Shown here one piece after another: positions 29,412 to 40,089 of a stretch of DNA of 64,000 nt. Below the pieces are notes generated by a model. The model ran no database searches and was not told where the DNA came from. It saw only the letters and a program-made list of their open reading frames with translations. Made by a program: the position numbers and the translations under genes. The stretch is from Polyangia bacterium. Lineage in GTDB: Bacteria; Myxococcota_A; Polyangia; JAAYKL01. The DNA is taken from the NCBI GenBank assembly GCA_050287845.1, contig JBNKCR010000034.1, forward strand, positions 32,001 through 96,000, written 5' to 3'. Each line of letters starts with the position of its first letter. Positions within the stretch are counted from its first letter, which is position 1.

Positions 29412-30374
29412 ATGAAAAAGCGTTTGAATCTGATAACTGCGGGAATTGGCAGCGGACTTGTGTTGGCCTGGTTGACAGGCTGTGCCGCCGAATCGGCACA
29501 GAAAAGCAGCGACCACATGCGGGATCTGGAAAAACAGGTGATGCAGCTGAAGGCGGAGAACGCCAATCTGCAGGCGCGAACCAGGGAGCTGGATGACAAG
29601 GTGTTGCTGTACGAAAAGATGGCAACCATGGAAACGCGCAAAAAGTCAAAGGATGGCATGCGAACGGTGCGTCTCACGCCGGACGGCGTCGCTGCGGACG
29701 GGATATACGCGAATGCGGAAGAACCATATAGCGAAGAAGCCAGTGTTTCGTTCAGAGAGCAGTTTGCCGACGGTGAAGGTGACGCTGAAGATCGTCCGGT
29801 ACTGCGACTGAATGAGGGGTCTCTTGCCCGGTATGACAACTCAACTCTTTCCAGCACGAATCATCAGAGGTCGTCCTCGCCGTCATGGAAAGACATTCCG
29901 GTAACAAATCAGGGCGATAACCTGGGGGTGGTTTCCGCGGATGGCCAGCTTGAGCAGGCCGAGGCGGATTCGATGGATTTATTCAATGCGGCGTATCGGT
30001 CATATAACAATCGGGATTATGCTGCGGCGCTGGCCGGGTTCTCCACATTTCTTCAGCGGGAGAGCAATCATCGCTTTGCGGACAATGCCGTGTTCTGGAT
30101 TGCCGAATGCTATCTGGCAATGGGCAAGCAATTCAAGGCGGTAGGCGAATTTGAACGGTTGCTCCGGCGGTATCCCAAATCGGAGCAGGCGGCATCCAGT
30201 ATGTACCGCATCGGATTCATTTACGACCAGATGCAGGATATGGCGAAGGCCAGGGAATACTATTTCAGAGTCGTGGAAAAATTTCCCGGCACCGAAGCCG
30301 CCAGGAAGGCGAGTAGACGAATGTCGGACGATAACGGCGGTGCCAGACTGGTCCGGACGTCGGCAAAAAGGTGA
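29412..30374 (+). CDS. cpoB: Tol-Pal-associated TPR lipoprotein YbgF/CpoB
   Basis: Lipobox LTGC, coiled coil, and C-terminal TPRs (FADNAVFWIAECY, RYPKS, KFPGTEAA). Confidence 0.8.
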   Translation: MKKRLNLITAGIGSGLVLAWLTGCAAESAQKSSDHMRDLEKQVMQLKAENANLQARTRELDDKVLLYEKMATMETRKKSKDGMRTVRLTPDGVAADGIYANAEEPYSEEASVSFREQFADGEGDAEDRPVLRLNEGSLARYDNSTLSSTNHQRSSSPSWKDIPVTNQGDNLGVVSADGQLEQAEADSMDLFNAAYRSYNNRDYAAALAGFSTFLQRESNHRFADNAVFWIAECYLAMGKQFKAVGEFERLLRRYPKSEQAASSMYRIGFIYDQMQDMAKAREYYFRVVEKFPGTEAARKASRRMSDDNGGARLVRTSAKR

Positions 30375-31645
30375 AGATGATGAACATTTTTTTGAGGGTT
30401 GGTATTTATTTCGGTGTGCTCGGACTGTCCATTTCCGGTGGTTCTGTGGCAGTGGCAAAGGATTTCACTTTTGGCGGCAGTATGGATGCCAGTGGTGGAA
30501 CCGATGGAAATAACGACTTCAATGCCAGTGGGGATGTGGATATGCGCGGCGAGGAGGCAGGGAAGTACGAGCGCGATATGAAGCCCGGATTGACCGTGTA
30601 CTCCCCCGAGCCGCCTCAGTCCGCACTTGCGGTGGCTGCGGCGAATCGCCAATCAATTTCTATCGGACCCAAACCGGCCCCTGCCATGGAGGAGTCCGAA
30701 GAAAAGATGAGCATTAAAAAGGTGCACACGGTGCAGACCGGTGACACGCTCTGGGACATCTGCACCACGTACTTCGGAGACCCCTACGTGTGGCCGCGAA
30801 TCTGGTCTTACAATCCGAAAATTACAAACCCCAACTGGATTTACCCGGGAGATACCCTGTGGCTGGCGCCACCAATGCTGGAGCCAACCACCGCGATTGC
30901 GGAATCCGGTCCGCCCAACGCCGCGCAACTGGCTGCGGCAAGACGCCGGGCGGATGCAATTCTGTCCCGGAACCGGGGATTCGTGGATTCGAAGGTCCTG
31001 GCGCAGTCGGGGGTGGTCAGCGGTGCGCAAAAGGAAATTACATTGCTTTCTCAATTTGATGAAGCCTATGTGGCGTTTGAGCAGAACAAAGATGTTCAGG
31101 TGGGGGATGAATTTGCGGCCTATCGAATATTGAAGGCAGTGAATGCCGTGGATGATCCGGAAACCGAAGTGGGGAAACTGGTAGAAATTCTGGGCGCGGT
31201 CCGCGTGATCAGTTTTGATAAGAAACAGCGGATTGCCCGGGTGGTAATTGATGAATCCATGCATCCCATTGAGCGGGGCACCATGATTGGACCCGTGCAT
31301 CGGCGATTTGATCTGGTTCCCTCAAGGGTCAACGAAAAAGAATTGAAGGGCAACATTGTGGCCCATCTCGATCCGACCGTATTGTTCAGCCAGCATCAGA
31401 TTGTTTTTGTGGATAAAGGGCAAACGGATGGGGTTCGCGAAGGCAACCGATTTTTTGTGGTGAAAAAACGGGATTTCTATCGGGAAAGTCTGAAGCAGCC
31501 AGATGCACATGAGGGGTATCCGTACGAGGTGCTCGCCGAACTGCGCGTTCTGGAAACACGCCCGGGCACATCCACCTGCCTGGTCACCGGTGCCACCCGC
31601 GCCCTCGAAGATGGCGCTGAGGTGGAAATGGTCAAAGGCTACTGA
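30371..31645 (+). CDS. LysM peptidoglycan-binding protein
   Basis: HTVQTGDTLWDI...WPRIWSYNPKITNPNWIYPGD. Confidence 0.9.
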   Translation: MKMMNIFLRVGIYFGVLGLSISGGSVAVAKDFTFGGSMDASGGTDGNNDFNASGDVDMRGEEAGKYERDMKPGLTVYSPEPPQSALAVAAANRQSISIGPKPAPAMEESEEKMSIKKVHTVQTGDTLWDICTTYFGDPYVWPRIWSYNPKITNPNWIYPGDTLWLAPPMLEPTTAIAESGPPNAAQLAAARRRADAILSRNRGFVDSKVLAQSGVVSGAQKEITLLSQFDEAYVAFEQNKDVQVGDEFAAYRILKAVNAVDDPETEVGKLVEILGAVRVISFDKKQRIARVVIDESMHPIERGTMIGPVHRRFDLVPSRVNEKELKGNIVAHLDPTVLFSQHQIVFVDKGQTDGVREGNRFFVVKKRDFYRESLKQPDAHEGYPYEVLAELRVLETRPGTSTCLVTGATRALEDGAEVEMVKGY

Positions 31646-31649
31646 CCGT

Positions 31650-32090
31650 TCATTTCCGCTTTCGCTTCTGTATGGCTGCCATGGCGGCTTTCTGTTCTTC
31701 CAGTAAATGCCGGAGCAGTTCCTTCAGCGTAAATGTCATATTGGTGGGCGTGGTGGTGGCGAACACCGGGCGACTGAGCCCATTTTTTGAAAACCCCCGC
31801 ATGATGGTCTGAACATCGGCCGAGGTCATGCCGGAAAACACCATCACGTGTGGCAGCGCGCCATCGGCGGCCGGGGCCTCCTGTGAGTCGCTGGACAGCA
31901 CCGATTCCAGTGTGTCGTTCAATTGTGATTCGCTGCAGGGGCGAACGGGGACGTCATGGTATCCCAGCGAAAGAAGAAAAGCAGACAGCGCTGTAACTTC
32001 CTGCGAATTGTATCCGCTCACCAGGAATGCCCTCGGCCCGGGAAAGAGTCGGTTATCATTTTTCAGGGGTTCAAAGTCTGTATCAGTCAT
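31650..32090 (-). CDS. DUF3783 domain protein
   Basis: VMVFSGM...RPVFATTTPTNMTFTLKELLRHLLEE. Confidence 0.75.
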   Translation of the reverse strand: MTDTDFEPLKNDNRLFPGPRAFLVSGYNSQEVTALSAFLLSLGYHDVPVRPCSESQLNDTLESVLSSDSQEAPAADGALPHVMVFSGMTSADVQTIMRGFSKNGLSRPVFATTTPTNMTFTLKELLRHLLEEQKAAMAAIQKRKRK

Positions 32091-32241
32091 GGCGGAACTG
32101 TATCACGGTATGGCGGATGATCCAGCGGAATTGCCATTGTGCTGAATGTTGGGTCGTTCAAAGTGTGCTACCCTGTCGATATAAGGTGGAAAGCGTCTGT
32201 TGAACGCCAATTGCCAACCGGTAGTACGAGGAGCAGTGAAA

Positions 32242-33321
32242 ATGCGAAGGTTTCGGGTATCTCTCTTTCTGTCGATGATGATGGCATGCAGTGAAAATGC
32301 CGGGATGACGCCACCAACGGATGCGATGGATACCACGGATTCCGGCTCGGGTTGGGAAACGGTCAGCGCCGGCGCGGATACAGCAACCGCCGCGGATACG
32401 TGTATGTCATCCCGTCCCTTTGGGGAAGATGCACCCTGGAATGTGCCTGTGGCAAATCTGCCGGTGCATCCACAGTCGGCTACATATAGTGCGATGCTGT
32501 GGAACAGTAGCACGGCGGACCGGCCGGGAAATTTCAACCTGACTTTCGATGGATACACGTATCCGGTATATGAATTGATGGGCAATGAAGTGGAAGTGCC
32601 TGTGGAAATCACCATGGACTGGGGGTCCAATATCGACGGTGGCACCATGCCCTGGAATCCGGATTGGCAGGAGGCCACCGGCAGTGATGGGCAAATCATT
32701 GTACTGGACCCGGCCACCGGCAGAGAATGGGATCTCTGGCAGGTCAGTTACAGCAATAACATGGTGACGGCCTCCAACGGTAATCTGGTGGATGGCAGTT
32801 ATTGGACAAAAGAGACGGGATTTGCACCCTCCAGGGGGTGCGGCATTCCATATCTGGCCATGCTGGTGCGCCCCTTTGAAATTGCATGCGGTGAAATCCG
32901 GCATGCGCTGTCGATGCCCATTGCCAATCCCAGTGGCGACGAATTCGTGGCGCCCGCCACCAAACTCGAGCATCCGGAGTTGAATGCCGGGATTCCCGAG
33001 GGGATGCGGTTTGCCATCAATGTGACTGACGCCGAGATCGATGCGTGGGTTAACGGACTGCCCGCCGCATTGGGGGAGCAGACGCGACGCAGTGCCCGAA
33101 TCATCGGCACAGCGTTGAGAGACTATGGCTGGTTTATTACTGATATCAGCGGTGGCGCCCATCTGCAGTTTGAAGATCGGATCACTGGAGAAACGGAATG
33201 GATTGCCCTTGGTCTGCATGAACAGGAAGTGGATTGGTCCGTGTACCCGAGGGATTTTCTGGACGGTCTCGTTACCGAAGACAACATCTATGCCATTGTA
33301 CCCAGCGACGAGTATCCGTGA
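32242..33321 (+). CDS. Hypothetical lipoprotein
   Basis: GAGGAG RBS, lipobox MMAC, D/T linker and a globular domain (PWN, EWDLW, IRHAL, IPEGMRF). Function not recognised. Confidence 0.7.
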   Translation: MRRFRVSLFLSMMMACSENAGMTPPTDAMDTTDSGSGWETVSAGADTATAADTCMSSRPFGEDAPWNVPVANLPVHPQSATYSAMLWNSSTADRPGNFNLTFDGYTYPVYELMGNEVEVPVEITMDWGSNIDGGTMPWNPDWQEATGSDGQIIVLDPATGREWDLWQVSYSNNMVTASNGNLVDGSYWTKETGFAPSRGCGIPYLAMLVRPFEIACGEIRHALSMPIANPSGDEFVAPATKLEHPELNAGIPEGMRFAINVTDAEIDAWVNGLPAALGEQTRRSARIIGTALRDYGWFITDISGGAHLQFEDRITGETEWIALGLHEQEVDWSVYPRDFLDGLVTEDNIYAIVPSDEYP

Positions 33322-33355
33322 TGAACTTGAATGATTTCAACTCAAGGGAGTACCA

Positions 33356-33517
33356 ATGAAGAAATTTGCAATCATGGCGGGCGGCACCATTTTCAGTTAC
33401 GGCGGCTGGTACTTCGGCGCACTGTTCGGGGAATTCGGTATTCCTCTTCTCTTCAGTGCCATTGCCGGCATCGCAGGGGTGATACTTACCTGGAAACTGG
33501 TACAGCGGTTTTCGTAG
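33356..33517 (+). CDS. Small 53-aa Gly-rich membrane protein (absent from the ORF track)
   Basis: AAGGGAG RBS. Translation MKKFAIMAGGTIFSYGGWYFGALFGEFGIPLLFSAIAGIAGVILTWKLVQRFS has two hydrophobic segments. Confidence 0.7.
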   Translation: MKKFAIMAGGTIFSYGGWYFGALFGEFGIPLLFSAIAGIAGVILTWKLVQRFS

Positions 33518-33708
33518 TGGGATACATCCGGATTTCGTGTTTTGGTTCAGCAATTAAAGCAAGCGGAAATAAAAGAGGATGAGTCCGATGCCGTAGCTGG
33601 TGGCGTTGGCAATCAGGGAGATGGAGAGGGCGGTTTTTGAATGGAGTGTTTTGATATTGGGGCGGTCTATTGGGATGAAAAATTCTATTTCCATGCTACT
33701 ATCCATCC

Positions 33709-35532
33709 ATGAGAACTCAACGTGTTACTGTAGAAGAATTGAGCCAGCTGCTATTTGAAAAAGAAATGCTGAGTGGCGATCAGGTCCGCGAGGCGGTGGT
33801 GCGCGCCGAAAGTCAGCGGGCACGTCTGGCGTTTGAAAAGTCAACGGGAAATGGTGGTCCGGGGGGAGGCAAGAGAGACAAAAAAGCCATTACCGCCGCC
33901 GAAATCATTGCGTCGTTTCAGTTTCCCATTCACAATTCACAACAGCCGCAAACCCTTGATGAGGATACCATTGTCAGAACCCTGGCGGAGGCCCTGGGCA
34001 TTCCATATGTAAATATTGATCCGCTCAAACTTGATTCCAATCTCATCACCAGTACGGTGTCGTTGCCGTTTGCCAGGCGCACGAGCGTATTGCCCCTGAC
34101 GAAAAGTGAAAATGAGTTGACCGTCGCAGTGTGTAATCCTCACGACACGGAGCTGTTTGAGGAACTGCGCGTTCTCACCCGGATGGAGATTCGGCCGGTG
34201 CTGGCCATGCGCAGCGACATTCAGCGATTCATCACCGAGGTCTACGGGTTTAAAAAGTCGGTTACCAACGCCGCCAGGGAGATGGGACAGGGGGTGGACA
34301 TTGGCAATCTGGAGCAGTTGTTTCAGCTGAGTAAAGTGGACGAAATTGAAAGCAATGATCAGCATGTGGTCAATGCCGTGGATTACCTGCTGCATTACGC
34401 ATTCAATCAGCGCGCCTCCGATATTCATATCGAACCCAAGCGGCAGCACAGCCAGGTACGCATGCGAATCGATGGGGTACTGCACGATATATACAAAATT
34501 CCAAAGTCTGTGCATCCCGCGGTCATCAGTCGAATCAAAACCATGTCCCGTCTGGATTTGGCGGAGAAAAGACGACCGCAGGATGGGCGATTCAAGAGCC
34601 AGAAGGATGACGCGGAAGTGGAGATGCGGGTGTCCACCCTGCCGGTGGCATTCGGGGAAAAGATGGTGATTCGTATCTTCGATCCGTCGGTTCTGATTCA
34701 GGATACGGCGGATTTGGGGTTTGAGGCGTCCCATCACCGCACGTACATGGATTTTGTTGACCGTCCCAATGGGCTGATTCTGGTGACGGGCCCCACGGGC
34801 TCCGGGAAAACCACGACCCTGTATTCCACACTGCGGTATCTCAGTTCTTCGGAAGTGAATGTGGTGAGCATCGAAGATCCCATTGAGATGGTCATCGAAT
34901 CGTTCAACCAGATTGCCATCCAACCCAAAATCGGAATAACTTTCGCCTCCGCCCTTCGACATGTGCTTCGCCAGGACCCGGATATTATTATGGTTGGCGA
35001 AATCCGTGACAGCGAAACGGCCGAACAGGCCATTCAGGCCGCCCTTACCGGGCATCTGGTCATTTCCACGCTGCATACCAATGATAGCGCGTCGAGTATC
35101 ACCCGATTGCTGGAACTCGGAGCCAATCCACATCTGGTGGCGTCGGTGCTGGTGGGAGTAGTGGCGCAGCGGCTGGTCCGATGCGTGTGCAATAAATGTC
35201 GGACAGAGACGTCCCTGACCCCCGAACAGCTTGATATCCTGGGTATTGATCTCGATTCCAGCAATAAATCAACGTTGAAAGTGTTTGAGGGTATCGGTTG
35301 TGTGCACTGCAGAAATACCGGACTCTACGGCCGAATTGGCGTATTTGAGCTGCTTCGGGTAAATGACGCTATCCGGGAACTGATTCTGAGTCAGGCAGAC
35401 GCACCTGCCATTCTCCGTGCGGCCCGGGCGGATGGCACCGTCACATTGCGGGAGTCCGCCATTCGAAAACTGGCAGAGGGGATCACCTGTTTCGATGAAG
35501 TGATTCGCGCCACGTTGGACGTGGATGGGTAA
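33709..35532 (+). CDS. GspE/PilB family secretion or pilus-assembly ATPase
   Basis: ASDIHIEP, RRPQDG, Walker A GPTGSGKTT, IEDPIE, LRQDPDIIMVGEIRD, TGHLVISTLH, and a CxxC...CxxC zinc motif. Confidence 0.95.
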   Translation: MRTQRVTVEELSQLLFEKEMLSGDQVREAVVRAESQRARLAFEKSTGNGGPGGGKRDKKAITAAEIIASFQFPIHNSQQPQTLDEDTIVRTLAEALGIPYVNIDPLKLDSNLITSTVSLPFARRTSVLPLTKSENELTVAVCNPHDTELFEELRVLTRMEIRPVLAMRSDIQRFITEVYGFKKSVTNAAREMGQGVDIGNLEQLFQLSKVDEIESNDQHVVNAVDYLLHYAFNQRASDIHIEPKRQHSQVRMRIDGVLHDIYKIPKSVHPAVISRIKTMSRLDLAEKRRPQDGRFKSQKDDAEVEMRVSTLPVAFGEKMVIRIFDPSVLIQDTADLGFEASHHRTYMDFVDRPNGLILVTGPTGSGKTTTLYSTLRYLSSSEVNVVSIEDPIEMVIESFNQIAIQPKIGITFASALRHVLRQDPDIIMVGEIRDSETAEQAIQAALTGHLVISTLHTNDSASSITRLLELGANPHLVASVLVGVVAQRLVRCVCNKCRTETSLTPEQLDILGIDLDSSNKSTLKVFEGIGCVHCRNTGLYGRIGVFELLRVNDAIRELILSQADAPAILRAARADGTVTLRESAIRKLAEGITCFDEVIRATLDVDG

Positions 35533-35698
35533 GCAGCTCGATTCGGCATGGCAGGTGTCCGTATGGACGATGCACCTTTTTTGGGATTCCAGATGGGTAT
35601 AAATTCTGCTCATTTAATATTTTTTCAATAATTATGCATTTCAGTGATTGCTCCCGTCGATTCCGTACGCTATGATATAAATCGTCGAGAGGATAAAA

Positions 35699-36073
35699 AT
35701 GACTGAAAAATCCGATGGGGAAACCAAAGTTGTTTCCAGAAAAGGTGACGGTAGAGACTCGTCTATTCCGGTGACCATCCGGGCGAAGCTGTTTGTCACC
35801 AATGGGGAGAGCAGCGGCACCACTTTTTATCTGGAGAAAAACAGGACAACCGTTGGAAGAAGCGGAAAATCCGATATCCAGATTAATGACGAGCAGGCCT
35901 CCAGAGTCCATCTTGAAATATCCTTCTCACACATGGAATTTCGAATTCGTGATTTGAACAGTTCCAACGGCACATATCTCAATGGTTCATCCGTCGTCGA
36001 ATATGCGCTCCGGAACAACGACAAAATCATGATTGGCGAAACCATGCTGCATTTCACCATTGAGCGCATCTGA
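35699..36073 (+). CDS. FHA domain protein
   Basis: VGRS, SRVH and DLNSSNGTYLNG. Confidence 0.92.
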   Translation: MTEKSDGETKVVSRKGDGRDSSIPVTIRAKLFVTNGESSGTTFYLEKNRTTVGRSGKSDIQINDEQASRVHLEISFSHMEFRIRDLNSSNGTYLNGSSVVEYALRNNDKIMIGETMLHFTIERI

Positions 36074-36087
36074 ATCAATATTTGAAT

Positions 36088-37743
36088 TCAATCTGTGAGA
36101 AGAGCGGTTGTTTCAGTAAACCGAAGAGGATGATCGGTATGGCGGCTGCAGACGCTGAGGGAATATGCGAAATCTCTGAACCATATTTGAAATGACGAGC
36201 CCTGCTTGTTCCGTTCCGCATGAAAGATTTGAATGGGATACAGTTTGCCATCTGTCAGGTGGAGATCCGTAGCAGTGTCTTTGGACAGTTCGATGCTGTC
36301 GACTTCAGGCCCGTGGAGTCCGCCCAAATCAATGATCAGCCTGCCGTTGATAAACACCCACACATCGTCATCTCCCAGAATATCAATGGTGACGGCCCGG
36401 GTTGCATCAAACACAAACCAGTAGACGAGTTGCGAAGTGAAATAAAAATTGTGCTGGTTCTCTTCGCCGGTGATCTCACTTTCCCACAACCAGCTGCCTG
36501 AGCTGGTGTATTCCGGCGGGATCCTGGCGCTATCCATATCGGTCTCGATGGTATCCACCGGGAAGAAGAGCGGTGTACCATCGTACTCTTTACCCAGTTC
36601 GTCCCGCCATCTGTCGCCATTGTCTCTATATCTGTTCACATAGGTTGGGGAGGCCAGAGACGTGTTTCGAAACATTAAAAATTCGCTGGAAATATCGGGG
36701 GTTCCGGTGTACCAGTCTGCCAGATGATCCACACATCCGACCGGTGCGTCCTCCGCCACGACAGGCAATCCATTGTCCAGGGTATCCGATATCAGGTCTT
36801 CCGTCAGCTTGCCACAGCTCGCACCCCCGAAATCTTCATCGGCTTCGGTAAAATCTCTGTAATACGCCCGAAGCTGAATGGTGCAGTCTGAGGCGGATTC
36901 ACATTCGCATGGGCAGCTGTAACCGGGCTCAATTGTACAGGTTGATGAACAGCCGTCGCCATCTTCGAGATTGTCGTCATCACATTCTTCTCCGGCAACG
37001 ATACCGTCGCCACAGACCGATTCGCATCCATTGGCGTCGGGAATGCTGTCGCAAATGGGTTCCAGCTGACAATCCGGCGTACAGCCATCCATTGCCAGAT
37101 TGTTTCCGTCGTCGCACTCTTCGTTGTCCATAACCGTGCCATCGCCGCAATAGGGGGGAACATCTTCTGAATCTTCGGTTTCCGACTCAGTATCGACCGA
37201 GGAGTCGGACCCTATATCTGCAGTGTCAGTGTTTTCAGTGACGGTGCCTGACTCTGAATCTGTACTCTCGGTATCAGCGGTATCAATGGTATCGCCTGTA
37301 TCTGTGGTATCTGTGGTATCGTATCCGATATCCACCGTGCCCGATTCTGTGGACGAATCCGTCCCACCGGGAGTGGCGGTGTCTGAGTCGGTGGGGCTGC
37401 TGTTATCAATGGAAGTGGACTCCGTATCCGGGGAGTCGGTGGTGACGGTGTCACTTTCGCTGCCGACATTTGTATCATCGAATTGTTTGCTATCGGTACT
37501 GACATACTGCAGGCACTGAAAAATACCGTTGATTGGCGTGCACTGAAGACCGCTTGCCGTACAGTCCGACCAGGAGTTCCAGACGCCGGCGTGGCATCTC
37601 TGTACCACATTGTCGGTGCAGCGTGTACTGCCCTCTGCACAGGTGTCATCCGTTATGGGGATATCGTCGCTTGCGCAGCCGGCAAACAGTAAAAGGAAGA
37701 GGAAAAAGAACGGGACAGGAGAAACAATATGTGCAGATTTCAT
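36088..37743 (-). CDS. Fibro-slime (PA14-like) domain lipoprotein with myxococcal Cys-rich repeats (DUF4215)
   Basis: Lipobox FAGC, CGDG...EECDDGN...DGC repeats, HNFYFT, GDDDVWVFING...IDLGGLH and FHAER. Confidence 0.88.
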   Translation of the reverse strand: MKSAHIVSPVPFFFLFLLLFAGCASDDIPITDDTCAEGSTRCTDNVVQRCHAGVWNSWSDCTASGLQCTPINGIFQCLQYVSTDSKQFDDTNVGSESDTVTTDSPDTESTSIDNSSPTDSDTATPGGTDSSTESGTVDIGYDTTDTTDTGDTIDTADTESTDSESGTVTENTDTADIGSDSSVDTESETEDSEDVPPYCGDGTVMDNEECDDGNNLAMDGCTPDCQLEPICDSIPDANGCESVCGDGIVAGEECDDDNLEDGDGCSSTCTIEPGYSCPCECESASDCTIQLRAYYRDFTEADEDFGGASCGKLTEDLISDTLDNGLPVVAEDAPVGCVDHLADWYTGTPDISSEFLMFRNTSLASPTYVNRYRDNGDRWRDELGKEYDGTPLFFPVDTIETDMDSARIPPEYTSSGSWLWESEITGEENQHNFYFTSQLVYWFVFDATRAVTIDILGDDDVWVFINGRLIIDLGGLHGPEVDSIELSKDTATDLHLTDGKLYPIQIFHAERNKQGSSFQIWFRDFAYSLSVCSRHTDHPLRFTETTALLTD

Positions 37744-38031
37744 GACTTAAGACCTCCTTGAGCACTCGGATGCACCCTCCGTCATGGGGAAGGTTCGGAG
37801 ACTATAACACCAATCGATTACAATGTGGTAATAATATCGCGGAGAATTTTGTTCCGCAAATTGAAATAATCATTGAAATAACTGATTTTGAAGTGGTTTA
37901 ATTCGTCTATAGATTTTTTCGCGACTTATTCGGCCTGACCCTGTGCGTCGATTCGGTAGTGATTCGGTGGTGACGTGGACCTTGATTCAGTTGTTTGGGA
38001 AAAAGCAGATGAACAGGTGAACCCGGGGATT

Positions 38032-38682
38032 TCAGAAAAGGTCACTGCCGGCGTTGGCGTCCTTTTTCTGCTGTTCCGACTCTTCCTGTCTGCGCTGCTC
38101 TTCTTCGCGCCGTTTCATGGCTTCCATTTCTTTTTGCATCTCTTTTTGCTGATGTTCGATGCGTTTTTGCTGATCCAGCTGATTCTGGGAGATGCCTTTG
38201 GTCGCGAACTGTCCGGTAGCCATGGTTTTGCCGTGGCTTTGAACTTCCACGAAATACTTGCGATTCGCATCAAACGTGGGGCGCGTCAACGTGGCTCTGC
38301 CCAGAAGACTTTTGGCGTTTCGATCCTGGGTGTACTGAGTCACCGAGCCGCGGAACTCCCGCATACCACCACCGGAACCGTTTCCAATATCGTAAAATAC
38401 CATTTCAACTTCATAGTCACCGATGGGTTTTCGGAAAAACGCCATGGCCTTGAAGGCCCATTCATTGTCCGCATTGGCCGATACAACGTCAGTGCGGTGC
38501 TTTTTAAGGAAATTGACGAAACCGTTTTTGGTATTGAACCATGTGGGTGGAATCTGGTCGAGGACCAGGACTTTTCCAGCGAAAACGTTTTCTGCATTTG
38601 CCGCAAAAACCGTGTGGATTGTACCTACAAGCAGCAGCAGGCCAATGGTGATTCCTATGGTTCCTGAAATAGACTTTTTCAT
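38032..38682 (-). CDS. Hypothetical exported protein with C-terminal charged coiled coil
   Basis: Signal peptide ending VFA, GAGGAGG RBS, E/K/Q-rich tail. Confidence 0.75.
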   Translation of the reverse strand: MKKSISGTIGITIGLLLLVGTIHTVFAANAENVFAGKVLVLDQIPPTWFNTKNGFVNFLKKHRTDVVSANADNEWAFKAMAFFRKPIGDYEVEMVFYDIGNGSGGGMREFRGSVTQYTQDRNAKSLLGRATLTRPTFDANRKYFVEVQSHGKTMATGQFATKGISQNQLDQQKRIEHQQKEMQKEMEAMKRREEEQRRQEESEQQKKDANAGSDLF

Positions 38683-39003
38683 TTTAAGATGCCTCCTCTA
38701 AGGTCCGGACGGTTGGCTGTCCAATTATCTGCGCAACATATTGCACCCAAACGGACGATTTTTCCACCCCATTTTCCACACATAGTGAAATCAAAGATGG
38801 AAAATCTGGTTTTCACTGGGCTTCAGCGTCTATTTTGTGCAGTATTTTTAAAACTGTAGCGAGTTTCTGACGCCCAGAGACTGTAGACGGCAATTTCTCT
38901 GTTGAATTTAGTGCTGTTGAATTTTTACCGGGATTGTTTTATGGTGCGTTGGCTCAACAACATCTGCGCCGGGGCTCAGAGCCAGGCAGAGTGTACATGC
39001 AAC

Positions 39004-39579
39004 ATGAGGATTATTACGGGAACTGCACGGGGACGTCGATTGATTGTTCCATCAACCAATGATGTCAGACCCACCACGGATCGGGTGAGAGAGGCACTTT
39101 TTTCTCATCTTGCAGATAGCGTCCACCAGGGGGATGTTCTGGATTTATTTGCCGGAAGTGGTGCGCTGGGGCTTGAGTCGTTGAGTCGGGGTGCGCGGAG
39201 TGTGGTGTTTGTGGAGCAATCCAGGGCTACGTTTTCCTGTCTGAAAAAAAATATTGTCGCGCTCGGGTTTGACCACAGCTGTACCTGTTATCTGACGAAT
39301 GCGCTGAGCTGGCTGAAAAGATTGAAGAGCAGCGGACGGCAATTTGATTTGATTTTTCTGGATCCACCTTACGATGGCAACTATCTTCTGCCGGTTCTCG
39401 ATTTGATCGTGGATACCCGTTGCCTGGCTTTAACGGGGATCATTGTTACGGAGCATCGGGAGGGATTCAATCTGGACGACATGGGTTTGAATCCGGCGTT
39501 ATCCGTGCGACGCAAAAAACAGTATGGAAAAACGGCAATTACAACTTTGGAATGGTCCCCTCAGCCGAAGAATGGCTAG
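39004..39579 (+). CDS. rsmD: 16S rRNA m2G966 methyltransferase
   Basis: MRIITG, RPTTDRVREALF, LDLFAGSGALGLE and DPPY. Confidence 0.95.
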   Translation: MRIITGTARGRRLIVPSTNDVRPTTDRVREALFSHLADSVHQGDVLDLFAGSGALGLESLSRGARSVVFVEQSRATFSCLKKNIVALGFDHSCTCYLTNALSWLKRLKSSGRQFDLIFLDPPYDGNYLLPVLDLIVDTRCLALTGIIVTEHREGFNLDDMGLNPALSVRRKKQYGKTAITTLEWSPQPKNG

Positions 39580-39603
39580 GCCCCAAACAGTCTGGATAGT
39601 ATC

Positions 39604-40089
39604 GTGACACAAAGAATAGCAATCTACCCCGGTTCATTTGACCCCATCACAAACGGGCATCTCGATATCATTAAACGTTCATTGGGTATTTTCGACAAGA
39701 TTATTGTGGGAATCGCCGTGAATTCACGAAAGCAGACCCTGTTTACCCGGGAGGAACGTCTGTCAATAACCAGCGATGTCTTTGTCGCTGAACCGCGGGT
39801 GGAAGTGGACGCTTTCGAGGGCCTGACGGTGGCGTACGCCCGCGCGCGAAATGCCTGTGCCATATTGCGCGGGTTGAGAGCGGTGGCTGACTTCGAGTAC
39901 GAATTGCAGATGGCCAACATGAATCGCAAACTCAACGAAGAGCTGGAAACGGTTTTTATGATGACCTCTGAAAAATCATTTTTTGTGAGTTCTCAGAACG
40001 TGAAGGAAGTGGCCAGATTCGGTGGCGATATCAGCGAACTGGTGCCCGCCAATGTAGCAGAACAGCTGTCGCGAAAATTCAACATCTGA
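39604..40089 (+). CDS. coaD: Phosphopantetheine adenylyltransferase
   Basis: YPGSFDPITNGHLD, RGLRAVADFEYE and SSQNVKE. Confidence 0.97.
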   Translation: MTQRIAIYPGSFDPITNGHLDIIKRSLGIFDKIIVGIAVNSRKQTLFTREERLSITSDVFVAEPRVEVDAFEGLTVAYARARNACAILRGLRAVADFEYELQMANMNRKLNEELETVFMMTSEKSFFVSSQNVKEVARFGGDISELVPANVAEQLSRKFNI

